A DNA stretch of 62,930 bases, the filler included, from Rozella allomycis CSF55 (lineage: Eukaryota), in assembly GCA_000442015.1 (NCBI GenBank). It is 18 parts of 18 records of this genome, joined end to end, with 100 filler letters (N's around TTAATTAATTAA, not from the genome) between each part and the next. Parts side by side here need not be neighbours in the genome. Positions count along the whole stretch, not along the records: positions 41,899 to 59,171 come from KE560656.1; positions 59,272 to 62,930 come from KE560663.1; 16 more parts are not named here. One strand, written 5' to 3'. A program made the position numbers and the translations under genes. Shown here piece after piece: positions 51,601 through 62,930 of this stretch (the stretch's first letter is position 1; each line of letters opens with the position of its first letter). The notes below the pieces were generated by a model. That model was not told the origin of the DNA. It saw only the letters and a program-made list of their open reading frames with translations, and made no database searches.

Positions 51601-53175
51601 CATCGTTGGAGGGTTTGTTTAGTATTAGAGCGTTTCAGTGCCAAGAAAGATTTAAGAATTTGATGTCAGAGAAGGTTGATAAGAACAACAAGTATTTGAG
51701 AGCAATGACGATGATTAGAATATGGGTAGCGTTTTGGATTGATATTTTCACATCAGTAGCAATTTATTCAATAGTTTTGATTATTGTATTGACTGTTAAT
51801 ACAGATGCAACGTTGACACAAGCGAGAACTGGATTGTTGATTTCTAATGCGTTGCAACTGTTGGTGTTTCTGCAGTGGAGTGTGAGAATGTTGGGAGATG
51901 TTAGAGTTCGAATTGCTTCTGTTAAACAATTAGCTTATTATGGTCAATTGGAGAAAGAAGCACCGCCAATTATTGTTGATTCTAGACCACCAGCGAATTG
52001 GCCTGAAAATGGACAAATTAAGTTTGATAAGATTATTTTGAGATATCAGAAATATGGAGTTGCTGTTTTGAAATCTGTTTCTATTAATATTAAAAAGAAT
52101 GAGAAAATTGGTATTGTTGGAAGAACTGGTAATTTAAATAGATTCATTTGATAAAGGAAGTGGAAAGTCTACATTTACATTGTTGATTAGTGTGTTGAGA
52201 ATAGTTGAAGCTGCTGAAGGAAAGATTTACATTGATGGATTGGATATTTCTACTATTGCTTTGAAAGATTTAAGAAGCAAAATTGCTATTATTCCACAGG
52301 AACCTGTATTGTTTGTGGGTTCTGTAAGGGAGAATGTTGATCCATTCGAGTCTTGCACTGATAATGAAATATGGAAAGCCGTTGACGCTGTTCATCTAGG
52401 TACTATACTTTTAGCACTAGTTATTGAAAATGGTAAAAACTTTTATGTTGGTCAGCGCCAATTGTTTTGTATCGCAAGAGCAATTCTCTCCAAAACGCAA
52501 ATTCTAGTCTTGGACGAAGCAACCGCCGCNAGAATGTTGATCCTTTCTATTCTTGCACTGATGATGAAATATGGAAAGCTGTTGATGCTGTTCATTTAGG
52601 TAACTATAATTTTAACTATTTAATTTTTAGGTGATTTTATTAGAAATATGGAGGGTAAATTGGATGCACTAGTTATTGAAAATGGTAAAAACTTTTCTGT
52701 TGGTCAACGCCAATTGTTTTGTATCGCCAGAGCAATTCTATCCAAAACGCAAATTCTAGTCTTAGACGAAGCAACCGCCGCCATTGACGTTCAAACAGAC
52801 CAGCTCATTCAAAACACAATCAAGGAAAACTTTGGCAACTTGACTGTCCTTACAATCGCACACAGACTAAACACAATCATGGAGTCTGACAAGATTCTCG
52901 TCATGGATGCCGGCGTGGCTCTTGAATTCGCTCCTCCACTATGTCTACTAGATCGTCCAAATAGTTCCTTTGCTGATCTCGTTAATCAAACTGGGCCGAC
53001 AACTGCCAAAAAGTTGAGAGAGTTGGCGCAAAAGAAATTTGATGAGGATAAACGTTTGGGTAAGGCTGTTATTCCAGCTGATGATCCTGATAATATTTTT
53101 GATGGGGTTATGGTTGGAGCTAATAATAATACATTGTCACAGCTGGTACAGGATATGAAAGCTAAAAATGAATAA
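48640..53175 (+). CDS. ABCC (MRP) subfamily full ABC transporter
   Basis: [13 protein letters not shown]1 [48 protein letters not shown]2 [37 protein letters not shown]. Confidence 0.96.
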
Positions 53176-53249
53176 ACATGCTTAATTGGAGTATATATAT
53201 TGTTAAAGTGAATAATGCGAGATATTAATTATCATCAAGTTATGAAATT

Positions 53250-54325
53250 TCAAGTGTTTATTTCTTCATAAATAGTGCCTTCATTTTCATTTGCAGTCTT
53301 TTCTACTTCTATTTCATTAAAGCTAATATCCTTTTCTATTAAACTTGAATTTAGATTTGAACCCTTGTGTAATCCAACAGCCTCTGGATTCACTTCTTCA
53401 TTAAATTCACCATGAATACTTTGGTTCATTAAATCAAGTTGCCATTGCGGAATCTTTCCAACATCTCCATTCCCAACCTCATTATCAACATCATGATACT
53501 CCTCAACATCCCCACTCTTCTGCTCTCTCCCGCCACTCATCAACAGCTTCAGCGATCCAATCTCCTGCATCATCTCACTCACCAACTCTCTACTAGTCCT
53601 CTTCGCCTGCTCCACAACCTACTCAACACCCACCATCCCTCATACCTGCGGAATCATCCCCTTCAATTCCTCAACCTGCACTTTCAACCCATCCAAATCC
53701 TCACCTTCTCCCCCTTCGCCAACCAGCTCCCGCAGTCCATCCAGCGTCTGGCCAATCTCCTCTCTCTGCTTCCTCATCTCCTCGCGCATCTCCTCAACCT
53801 GCATGCGCATTCTTGCCATCTCCTTTTCGTAGCTGTCCACCTGATCCTTGGCTTGCTGCTCGCTTTGTTTCAGCTTTTCTAGAGGCCATTTCAAGTATGG
53901 GCTGAAATATTTCTAGTTGGATCAGTAAATGCATGTTACGTGGATTAGGTGGATTAGAGCGGCCGTGACACTGCTGCCCGCTAGTATTATGAGCAGCCAG
54001 TCGCGCCATGTGAAGCCTTTTTGGAGACGAGGTGGCAAGGCTGGTATCATTTGGGGGTGAATCAATTGGCCTCCGCCTGGTGGCATGGCGTTCCCTTTGG
54101 CGAGTACTAAGCACTATTATTACCATTGGTATTGATGGAGCCGCCATTGCTGTTTATGGGGCTGTTCTTGTCTGGCTCGCCACTGGCTTGCCGCATTGCT
54201 TCCTGGATTTCATCTTGCGTCATGCCCTTGCTTTCGAGAAATGAGATGCGCTTGGCAAGAGTGCTTTGCTGCACTTTGGGATCTTGCAGGAATTTAACGG
54301 CAGTCGAAATTAAATCGGTGCGCAT
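53250..54325 (-). CDS. PEX14: Peroxisomal docking protein Pex14
   Basis: MRTDLISTAVKFLQDPKVQQSTLAKRISFLESKGMTQDEIQEAM, then a Pro-rich region, hydrophobic segment, coiled coil, EIGSLKLLM and IPQWQL. Confidence 0.92.
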
Positions 54326-54647
54326 GTCGTTGCTTTTGCGGCTTGGATCGTTGTTTAAATTGGAAAGTGGAATATTTTCAAGTTACAGATATAATTTGAA
54401 TGGATATGATATCATGAAGTTTTAATTCATTAATTGAATTATTGCATTGTGATTTGTGTCAGTATTTGCATCGAAATAAAATGGCAGTCTGTTAAATGGA
54501 TTNAGTATTTGCATCGAAATAGAATGGCAGTCTGTTAAATGGATTGTGTTGATGAAATTTAAATAAACCTAAAATTGCTTTAAAGAGTAAAATTTGTATT
54601 TATTAATATACACCTGTTTTCCATCTGGCCCTTTTTGAAAATTTCGA

Positions 54648-57150
54648 ATGGATTTTGAACTTTGTGTTCTACCCAATCTCCCTAGTTTAGAATTAAAATC
54701 TGTTGCAAAAGAAATAGAACCGGGGAACGAACATGCCGAAATAACCAAGATTGAATATATGGAGGCCCTTCCAGCGCGATATTTATGCTGGGAAGACTGT
54801 GCAACTCATTCCACATTCTTTAGTGAGATGCCATATAAAATAGACAGGTATGGTACATTCAAAATGGCGATATAGCTTTCAGGTGCTTGTAAAGATAAAG
54901 CAAATGATTGGAAATCCATACCTATCAAGTTCAGATGCGTAACTGGATGATTTATCGTGAATTAGGTTTATAGATTCTTTTAATGAGCTGCACAGAGTAT
55001 TGGAAAACGTTGATATGAATATTCAGATATCTGATGATCCCATGTAAACAACGTATCTTGAATTCAGTAGAATAACTATGCTAAAATCAGAAATAAATAA
55101 TGAAATATATTTGATTAACGAAGAGCTGCAGATTGCCGATTCATTTATTGAATACTATTTCAAGTTCCAGCAACGATTGGATGATATCAAAATTTTGGCC
55201 AGGCTAATTGAAAATGTAAAGGAGATGGATTTTGAGTCTGTTTTTGAAACATTGGATTATCATGACTTTCAAGTAGCGTTTGTTTAACAAATTGAATAGT
55301 TTTCTTCTAGTTTGTTGAATGTCATTGTCAAGTATTTTTCTTCGCAGATTGAAACATTGATTTATGAGGGGGAAATACCGTTTAATTTTGCGTTTGCTAG
55401 AATAGAAACGAATTTGAAGGAATCTTTGGTGGTAGATTAGATTTTTTTGATTGAATAGGCGAATGATTTCTTGGACGAGCAATTTTGTAAAGATTTAACA
55501 TTGGCTGGTCTGTTGACTGTTTGGATTAATAAAAATGTTTCGGTTCATGTCAATAAGTCTCTGGAAAGTGTTAAGCTGCCGTTTTCTTGTGCCTTGAGCT
55601 CAAAGTAAAATATCTTAGTTGAAGTTTTAAGGTTTGATGAATTGATTAGATTATACAAGGAAAATCTGGATAATTTTATAAAAAATTTAAAGACTTGTTT
55701 TAATGATAACATTGAAAATGAGTATCTAATGAAGAAATTTCAATTTATGAAAACCAAGAAAAAGGTTTGAAATATTTCAATGGAATATTAGATTGACCAA
55801 GAGTATGAAAACTATAAAATGAAATTACTTGAAATAGAACAGGAAAAGGAAAATAGGAAAAGAAAATACTTGCAAGATTTAGATGATCAATTGAAGGAAA
55901 TTAAGTTTAGAAAACAGGCTGAACTGGAAAAGGCTTTAAAGATAGAAGACGAAATCTGTGAAAGAGAAAAGGAATATATTAAAAAAGAAGATGACATTAA
56001 ACAAGCTCTTATGGAAGAATTTAAAATAGAAATGAAGAAACTTTCTGCAAAAGAGGAAGAAATAAACAGAGAATTGAAGGAATTAAATTTAACATCAAAT
56101 GATTTACCAATCTTTAATAACGATTTTGAAGATCTCAATTTTCAGTCGAAGACCTTAGAAAATGTTAAGGATTTTATAGAAGATTTAAATTCTATTGATA
56201 CAGAAATAGAGGATGATATCTTAAAGTCTCAAGTAGAATTAGAGCCAATTCCAATCACAAACAATTTTACTATAGACGAACCAACAATTCCTGAGATGTT
56301 AAAGTCGCCATTAAATGAAATGCATGACTTGAATGTATTTATGAATGCTCAAGCTATTAACAATACAATCTTGCCTATTAAAATCACTATAATTCAATCA
56401 TGGAAAACCATTTTGTTAAGTTATTCAAAATTTCTTTCAAAACTCGCTTATTTGTTTCTCACGCAAGAAATAAAATGGAAAACTTTTCATGATTTAATCT
56501 TCAAATTCATATCTGATTGTGGCTGCATCTCTTTTTATGAATCAAACGATTTCCATTCCATTAAAATGAAATTGAATGAAATTTCTACAGATCTTATTTC
56601 ATTTTCTTTTAATAAACCTAATCAACAAGCTGGAATTTTAGAATCTATTGATAGCTTAAATTTAAAAATAGATTTTCCAGATTCCTTGTCGATTCTTTTT
56701 GATTCCAAGTGGCTTTCGACTCTGTCTTTTCTATGGAAGTTAATCATAAAAGTCAAGTATATTCTAGATTCACTCAATCGACAATTAAAATTTTGCAATT
56801 CATTCCAATCTCCACTTCGGTTTCAAATGTCGTCATTTTGGGGCGCCTATTTTAGATTCCTAAATGACTGTTTAAAAACATTTTCAGGAATTGCAATTGA
56901 TGATGAAGAAGAAAATTTAGAATCCCTTAAAAGAAAATTACACCAAAACTTGGATGGGTTATCTACATGCTCATTCCAAAATAATCCATCTATTTTGGAT
57001 GTTTTAGATGTCTTAATGAAACAGTCTCTTTCATTCGATAAACAATTCATCACATCTAGGATGGATTTTATTCACAAACTAAACTTGATAAGCAAAGAAA
57101 ATCAATTGATTAAAAATCTTATTCTTTTATTAGATATGTTTTTTCAATAA
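54648..57150 (+). CDS. Probable gamma-tubulin complex component (Spc97/98 family, GCP6-like), divergent
   Basis: Central charged coiled-coil insertion followed by GILESIDSLNLKIDFPDSLSILF...LSFLWKLIIKVKY...LRFQMSSF, resembling the GRIP2 domain. Confidence 0.5.
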
Positions 57151-57495
57151 ATATTTACACAAAGTTTTAAAACTTTCTAGTCTTTAACATCAACTATTTT
57201 GATAATATATAATGACATATATATATCGGACGGTTTGGTAGGACACGGACTTCAGAACGTATGGAAAAGGTGACTTTAATGAAATCATATTAGTCGCCCT
57301 ACGTTGTCACATACACATTCCATTTATCGGCTTAAATGCTTGGGACTTTTTAATGAAAGGTGTCTTTCTCTGAAGTAGGGTGCATTTCATTCCCAAATTA
57401 AACTTGATATCCAACGATAAACAATCATTAAAAACCATATTCTTTTATTAGATATGTATTTATCAATAATTATTTACACAAAAAATTTTAGATTT

Positions 57496-57940
57496 CTAGT
57501 CTTTAACATCAAATGACGATCCGCATCCACAATCTGATGTCGCATTTGGATTCTTCACTAATTTAAAAGCAGATCCTATCAATTCTTCTGCATAATCTAA
57601 TGTAGACCCTTCTATTAAATTCAACGATTCTTTATCTACTACAACCTTGGCATCACTGTTTCCGAATATTCTATTCAATAGATACACAAAATGCCTACAA
57701 ATCGTCTTCTCTTTTTTTCTCAGTCAAGGCCATAAAATATTGAAATCCATGGCATCCACCAGGCTCCACATTAATTCTTAAATAGTACCGTTTCTTATCC
57801 CTTTCACAAATAGCATGCAATTTCTAATTTCATATTCGATAATATTATACCTTGCTTGCATTTTCTGATATAATTATTCCACTCGAATAATATCTTCTAG
57901 TAATTGTTGCAAACTCATATATTCTTCTGGTCAACTTCAT
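57496..57940 (-). CDS. ISA2: Iron-sulfur cluster assembly protein ISA2 (IscA family); start uncertain
   Basis: [56 protein letters not shown]. Confidence 0.92.
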
Positions 57941-57972
57941 ATGTTAAAACCCTGGTCTGTTTGCACAAACTC

Positions 57973-58649
57973 ATGTTATTTCAAACGATTACAGCAATCA
58001 CAACTTTTTTGTTGCTATCAGTTTTATTATATTTACTATTAACCGGCCAGGGAAGTTACTTTAATATTGGCAAATTTTTAATGTCCGTTTCACCTCTTGT
58101 TTGGGCAAACGTTGGAATCGCACTCTGTGTTTCATTATCTGTTGTAGGAGCTGCATGGTAAATTTATTTAATCACGTTTAAAGGGGTATTTTTATTTCAG
58201 GAAGCTCAATACTTGGCGGCGCTGTTAAAACCCCTCGTATCACAACAAGAAATTTAATCAGGTACACGTGATTATAATTATTGGATTAGTATCCTTTTCT
58301 GTGAAGCTGTTGCGATTTATGGAATCATTATTGCTATCGTACTAAGTACAAAGCTGGAAGGTTTCAACAAGATTTCACCCGCTCATTATTTCACAGGATA
58401 CTCCCTTTTCTGGTCAGGACTTACGGTTGGTGTCACTGATTTGATTTGTGGAATATGCGTCGGTGTTGCTGGAAGCTCAACTGCCCTTGCTGATTCTCAA
58501 GATTCATCCTTATTCGTGAAGATTTTAATTGTAGAAATTTTTGGAAGTGCTATCGGATTATTCGGGTTAATTATTGGACTTATAGAGGTTTATTTATTTT
58601 ATTACATTCATTTTAGAGCGAACGCGCTAGTTCTTTCTCTTTATCATAA
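57973..58649 (+). CDS. VMA16: V-ATPase proteolipid subunit c''
   Basis: [81 protein letters not shown]. Confidence 0.95.
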
Positions 58650-58698
58650 TCCACATTTACTACTAATGAAACAGATTAAATGTTTTTATTGTATAAAA

Positions 58699-59171
58699 TT
58701 ATAATGAAATTCTTTTGTGATCCCTTTTATCGAAATCTTTATGAGCCTTCTCGAAGCATTTGTCGCAAAAATAATCAAAATCGCAGATGTCATCTTGGCA
58801 TTGACATGTCGCTTCTCGTTCACAAATGTCGCAAACTTCATCAAACGCGTTGTCTTCTTTATAATCTTTATATTCAGAGGTGATATCTCTATTTAGTAAT
58901 TCGGGATCATGATGACTCAGTTTGGACAATCCCTGAAATGCCATGCCTTTCTTCAGGCTTTCAAGCCTGTCTAAAAAGTGTTTTTCATCGTCTTTTGCAA
59001 TTTTCGATTCTAATGCTACCTCGTCGAGGGTCATGTTTATCAGTTCCCCAACCTGAGCCTCTGAAAGAGCTTCCTCGTCTCTTTTCTCTTCTGATACATT
59101 TAGTGTTTGCATCAGCATTTTTACACGCCATTTCTCATATAATTCTTGTGGTGTCATTCACAAAAATTCGA
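58699..59171 (-). CDS. ZFYVE19/ANCHR-like protein, C-terminal zinc-binding domain (5' end missing)
   Basis: LDRLESLK followed by [29 protein letters not shown]......DH, similar to the ZFYVE19 C-terminal Cys/His cluster. Confidence 0.55.
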
Positions 59172-59271
59172 NNNNNNNNNNNNNNNNNNNNNNNNNNNNN
59201 NNNNNNNNNNNNNNNTTAATTAATTAANNNNNNNNNNNNNNNNNNNNNNNNNNNNNNNNNNNNNNNNNNNN

Positions 59272-62200
59272 AAAAAGTATAGGATTGGGATTGAAGATAG
59301 AAAAAAGATTGTTGAGTTTAAGAAATTGTTTGCCAAGGTGATTAGATTAGTGGAAAAGGAGGGAACGTTGAATGGGTTGATGAGGAATGTGAATTTGTTG
59401 GCGGTTGTTTGTCAGTGTAAGATGAAGGGAGAGAATGTGATGGGTATTTTTAAGAGTTGGTTTGAGATGTTGAGAGGTAGTTGTTGGAGGCTGGGGTTGG
59501 TTGAGGATGTAGAGTTGATTAAAATAATATCTGATAGAAAGAATTTGTTGGATTTATCATTCAAGTAGTTTAAATGCATCAAAAATAATGTAGATTGTTT
59601 CCGGGTGTTAAAGAGTTTATGATTGAAGAAAAAGATATAGTTGGAATAGTTTTAGTTGATAAAAGGTCATTTTATTTCTTTAATAAAGTTTCAATAAAAT
59701 TTGAATTTGAATTGGATGCAACTGTAAAGAGAATTGAAGAAGAAATAAAGAATGTAGTTAAAGACAATTTCTATTCTAATTTCAATTTAATTAAACAAAA
59801 AGATTTATTTGAATTTTCATTTTTTCATTTCTGTAATGATAATGGAATCTTGTTGCAAAATGCTTATTTAATTTTAATGATTAATTTAACGAGACAAATT
59901 GAGACTGGAATAATAATTCATGGGTATAATTTTCTTTGTAGTTTTTATGATGTTTTAAAAGAAAGTATTGAAAAGATATCATTTCAATTAAACAAAGTTA
60001 GTAAAGAGTATTTAGTTTATGTGCGATTGCAGTTGTGGGTTTTGGGTGATATGAAGAATTTAATAGCTAGATTAAAGAATTTGAGAGTCTCTTCAATTGA
60101 GCACCCTTGTTGGATTGAAAATGTTAGAATTTATATTGATGATCATAATGAGAGAATAATCAATGTTAAATATGGATTTGAATCTAGAGAATATCAATTT
60201 AATTTTGTTTATTTGATGCGTTTTGTTGAAAGCCATCATTTAAGTGAATATCTTCAAACATACTTTTACAACTCTACTAGCATCAACTGTAATAGCTTCA
60301 ACAACTCTAATAAATTCAACAACTCTACTAGCTTCAACAACTCTAATAAATTCAACTCTAATTGCTTCAACTTTAATGGATTTAATTGCGTTTCTTGTGT
60401 GCAGAGATTGGCATTCATTTTGGGGTCAGTTGTTTCTTTTAATAATAAGATTGATAATGAGCAAGTAATAAATTTGAATGAACCTCTATGTGATTGTAAT
60501 GAAATTTGTTTGTCTAGTCATGGATTTCAAGATTCAAATAGACTTGAAAGATTTATAGACTATTGGAATGGCAAACTACAAGATTTTAATTTAAGAAACT
60601 TTAATTCAAGAAACTTTAATTTAAAAAGATTTGTTTTAAATTACATTGAAAATACTTGTTGTTCTTTCCAATCAATCGAATCTCTAATTTCAAATGTTTC
60701 AAATGTCGATGAATTTAATTTAGATTGTGGAATTGATGATTATATTTTATTAACAAATGTTATTGATAAAAATATTCCATGTATTCATTACAGTTGGATT
60801 GATTTCAACAACTATAAGAATATTCTTGAATTGTTTAATAAATACGTTGAAAATGATGAATTAAGTTTACAAATATTTATTAATTCAAATAAAATTGAGA
60901 ATGATTATGGTATAATTAAAGATTGTTTCAATTATTATGAATTATTTCAATTCAAACGTCCATCAACCACAAGAATCAAATTTATAATTTCCAATAATAA
61001 TATCTTTAGTGCAATGTTTCCATACGTAGATAAAATAGTTAAAATTGAAAAAGAAGAGATTGATGATAGTGACTCTAATCAATCATCGATTCAAGAGTAT
61101 TTTAAATCTAATGGTAACGTAATTATAATTAAATCTAATCATTTATCATCTATATCATCTGTATCAACTCTTAATCAAAATCTATTTATAAATGAATTGA
61201 ATGAATATGATTTTGTTAGAGTATATTCAACACAAACATTAAATGAGATTAAATCAATGATTTATACAAATTATAATAAAAATGAAGAATTAAAAGAAAT
61301 AAAATCAAAATTAAATAAAAAAATTCTTTTAATTGTTGACAATTTTGATGATTGTGATGAAAATGTTAAAGAAATGATTGGCTTTATAGCTTCAACTCTT
61401 CAAATTAATCAATACAAATTCAATTCTAAATTTATTATCTTTTCAAATAAATGTTTTTATAAGTATTTCAAATTAGAAAAATGTTTAAATCTAACATTGG
61501 AACCCTTGAGTTTTGATTATCATTTAAATTGGTTGATTTCTAGAGTGAATCTTTTAAATAAAGACATAAAAGAAAGATTAAGAAATTCTTTACGATTTAT
61601 TATGAGTTTATTACCATACAAAGATATAGAATTGGATGATTTGATTCATCAGATCTATTTTGATATTAATTCTTTAAATGAACAAATATTAATCTCTGAT
61701 AATGATTTCTATTCTTTTCTTTTCCAAAATCTATCAAGATTCTTTGATTGTGAACATCTTTCATCCAAACTACCTCACAATTTGTTACATCTTCAATCAA
61801 ATTCAATGCATTTATCATTCTTTCAATACAATAATAAATCAAATACTCTAAATGAACTTTCATTGTTATGTAAACTGAAAGAAAATATTTTCCCATATGT
61901 GTTTGAGAAATTAAAAACATCTCCAACTCTATCTATTGCTTTGTGCTTGAAATCATTTAATTCATTTCTTTTAATTCTATTAAACAAATTTTCATCATCT
62001 TCTTATCCCTTGACATATTGTCATGGTATTCAACTTTCTCTCTTTGAAGAAATCTTGAATTGTTTCTCTCTTCTTTTAAACATTAAAATATTCAAATGGA
62101 ATAAATTTAACCACCAAATCAACAAGACAATAATTGATTATGCACTTCAACACAAAGTTTGCATTCTCACTCAAGATTCGTCTCCTGAATTGTTGGCATT

Positions 62201-62930
62201 TATCAAGTATTGGGATACTCTATATTTCTGTGGAAAAAAGATGGATATTGAAAAAATAAATGTAATAAAAAAGAATCTTAAAATTATTATCATGGCTATA
62301 GATNAATTGTGTATTCAATGTAACAGAAACAGAGAAACAAACTATTGTTAAATCTTTAATGCAATCAATGGATACCAATGACTCTGAAATAGAAAAATTG
62401 TTATTTCATTTAACCAACTTTTTTTCTTCTAAACCATCTTTCATCGAAAACATTGTAGAAGCATCTCAATTAGCAGTGCAAATCTACAAAAAGGAGTCAC
62501 AACATTATCAAACCATTTTAAACGACTTGAACAACCAAAACTCCAAATGCCAAGCATACATTGAAAGATTCACCACCCAATCAACACAGCTGCTCCTCCA
62601 CCAAGACAACCACGACTCAGCTCTCGAATACAAACGATCAATCGAACAAAAGATCGAATCAGCTGAATCAGCTCTCCAAAAGCATTGCGACTATCTATCC
62701 AATCTGCAGCAGACATGGCAAGACACGCGAAAAGATATAAACCTAATCTCTTACTACTCGACCCAAGTAGAAAAGTACTCTGCGATGCTATCTGAATGCA
62801 ACGAATCCGTAAAGAAATTGAAAGGCGGCATGGAGGAGGTGCAAACGATGAACAAGTATCCCCTGTGCATGGTGATATTCTTCAAATGCGTCGGCAGCTT
62901 GTTGAACCAGGACATGAGCATGATCGACCT
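59272..62930 (+). CDS. Highly divergent dynein heavy chain-like protein (partial)
   Basis: Collinear weak similarity to the DHC linker (LVEDVELIKIIS, FPGVKEF), WIENVRIY...YQFNFVY (cf. W..QLRYY...YGYEY), ILLIVDNFD, IKKNLKIII (cf. V..NLHIV), then a stalk-like coiled coil. No intact P-loops seen. Confidence 0.5.
60268..60385 (+). repeat. Coding low-complexity tandem repeat (FNNSNK/FNNSTS)
   Basis: Repeated TTCAACAACTCTA units of about 18 nt within the dynein-like ORF. Confidence 0.8.

Noticed and set aside
39093-54244. Long antisense ORFs (39093-39944, 49706-50020, 53439-53882 and similar)
   Set aside because: They are shadows of real genes on the opposite strand, favoured by skewed composition, and have no motifs.
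8267-54520. Apparent tandem duplications of exons or gene parts next to single Ns (e.g. 8267, 10501, 15430, 21181, 39344, 40751, 52530)
   Set aside because: Each is a near-identical re-read across an N join, typical of unmerged haplotypes or overlapping contig ends. This suggests heterozygosity, not real duplication.
57225-57400. RNase P/MRP, U3 or spliceosomal snRNA gene
   Set aside because: Only isolated short matches (CGGCTTA, AAAGTCCC, TACTTCAG) without the paired conserved regions; kept only as an unassigned structured element.

Overview
Eukaryotic, AT-rich, gene-dense DNA. It is not contiguous: 18 small contigs are joined by 17 artificial 100-nt linkers (N-run + TTAATTAATTAA + N-run), so adjacency across linkers has no meaning. 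Single Ns inside contigs are often followed by a slightly divergent re-read of nearby sequence (haplotype or assembly duplication). Host genes have tiny GT-AG introns of about 26-31 nt. With the gene content, this suggests an early-diverging fungus or fungal relative such as a Rozella-like endoparasite (inference only). Recognisable host genes: GCN2 (3' part), PDK, RAI1/DXO, MCM6 (5'-truncated), proteasome alpha-1, PRL phosphatase, ceramide synthase, VDAC, ARF6-like, RACK1, ATP15, DPH2, UTP18, RPT1, a SNF2-RING helicase, DUF1769, an ABCC transporter, PEX14, a probable gamma-tubulin complex subunit, ISA2, VMA16, a ZFYVE19-like tail and a degenerate dynein heavy chain-like gene. Mobile DNA: a Gypsy chromovirus, a Copia element permuted around one 122-bp LTR, LINE-like elements and an intron-containing Crypton recombinase. 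There is also a frameshifted PrimPol-like primase of uncertain origin. Top candidate novelty: a 108-nt GCN2 intron made of four abutting minimal introns (28+27+27+26 nt, each GTAA...ATAG) with zero-length exons, suggesting recursive splicing at micro-intron scale. Other leads are a PRELI-TM-DUF547 fusion, an output-less dCache-HAMP receptor, a secreted atypical kinase, strand-independent GC-skew flips and a circularisable contig of gene fragments. All calls come from manual reading and motif recognition; no searches were run.
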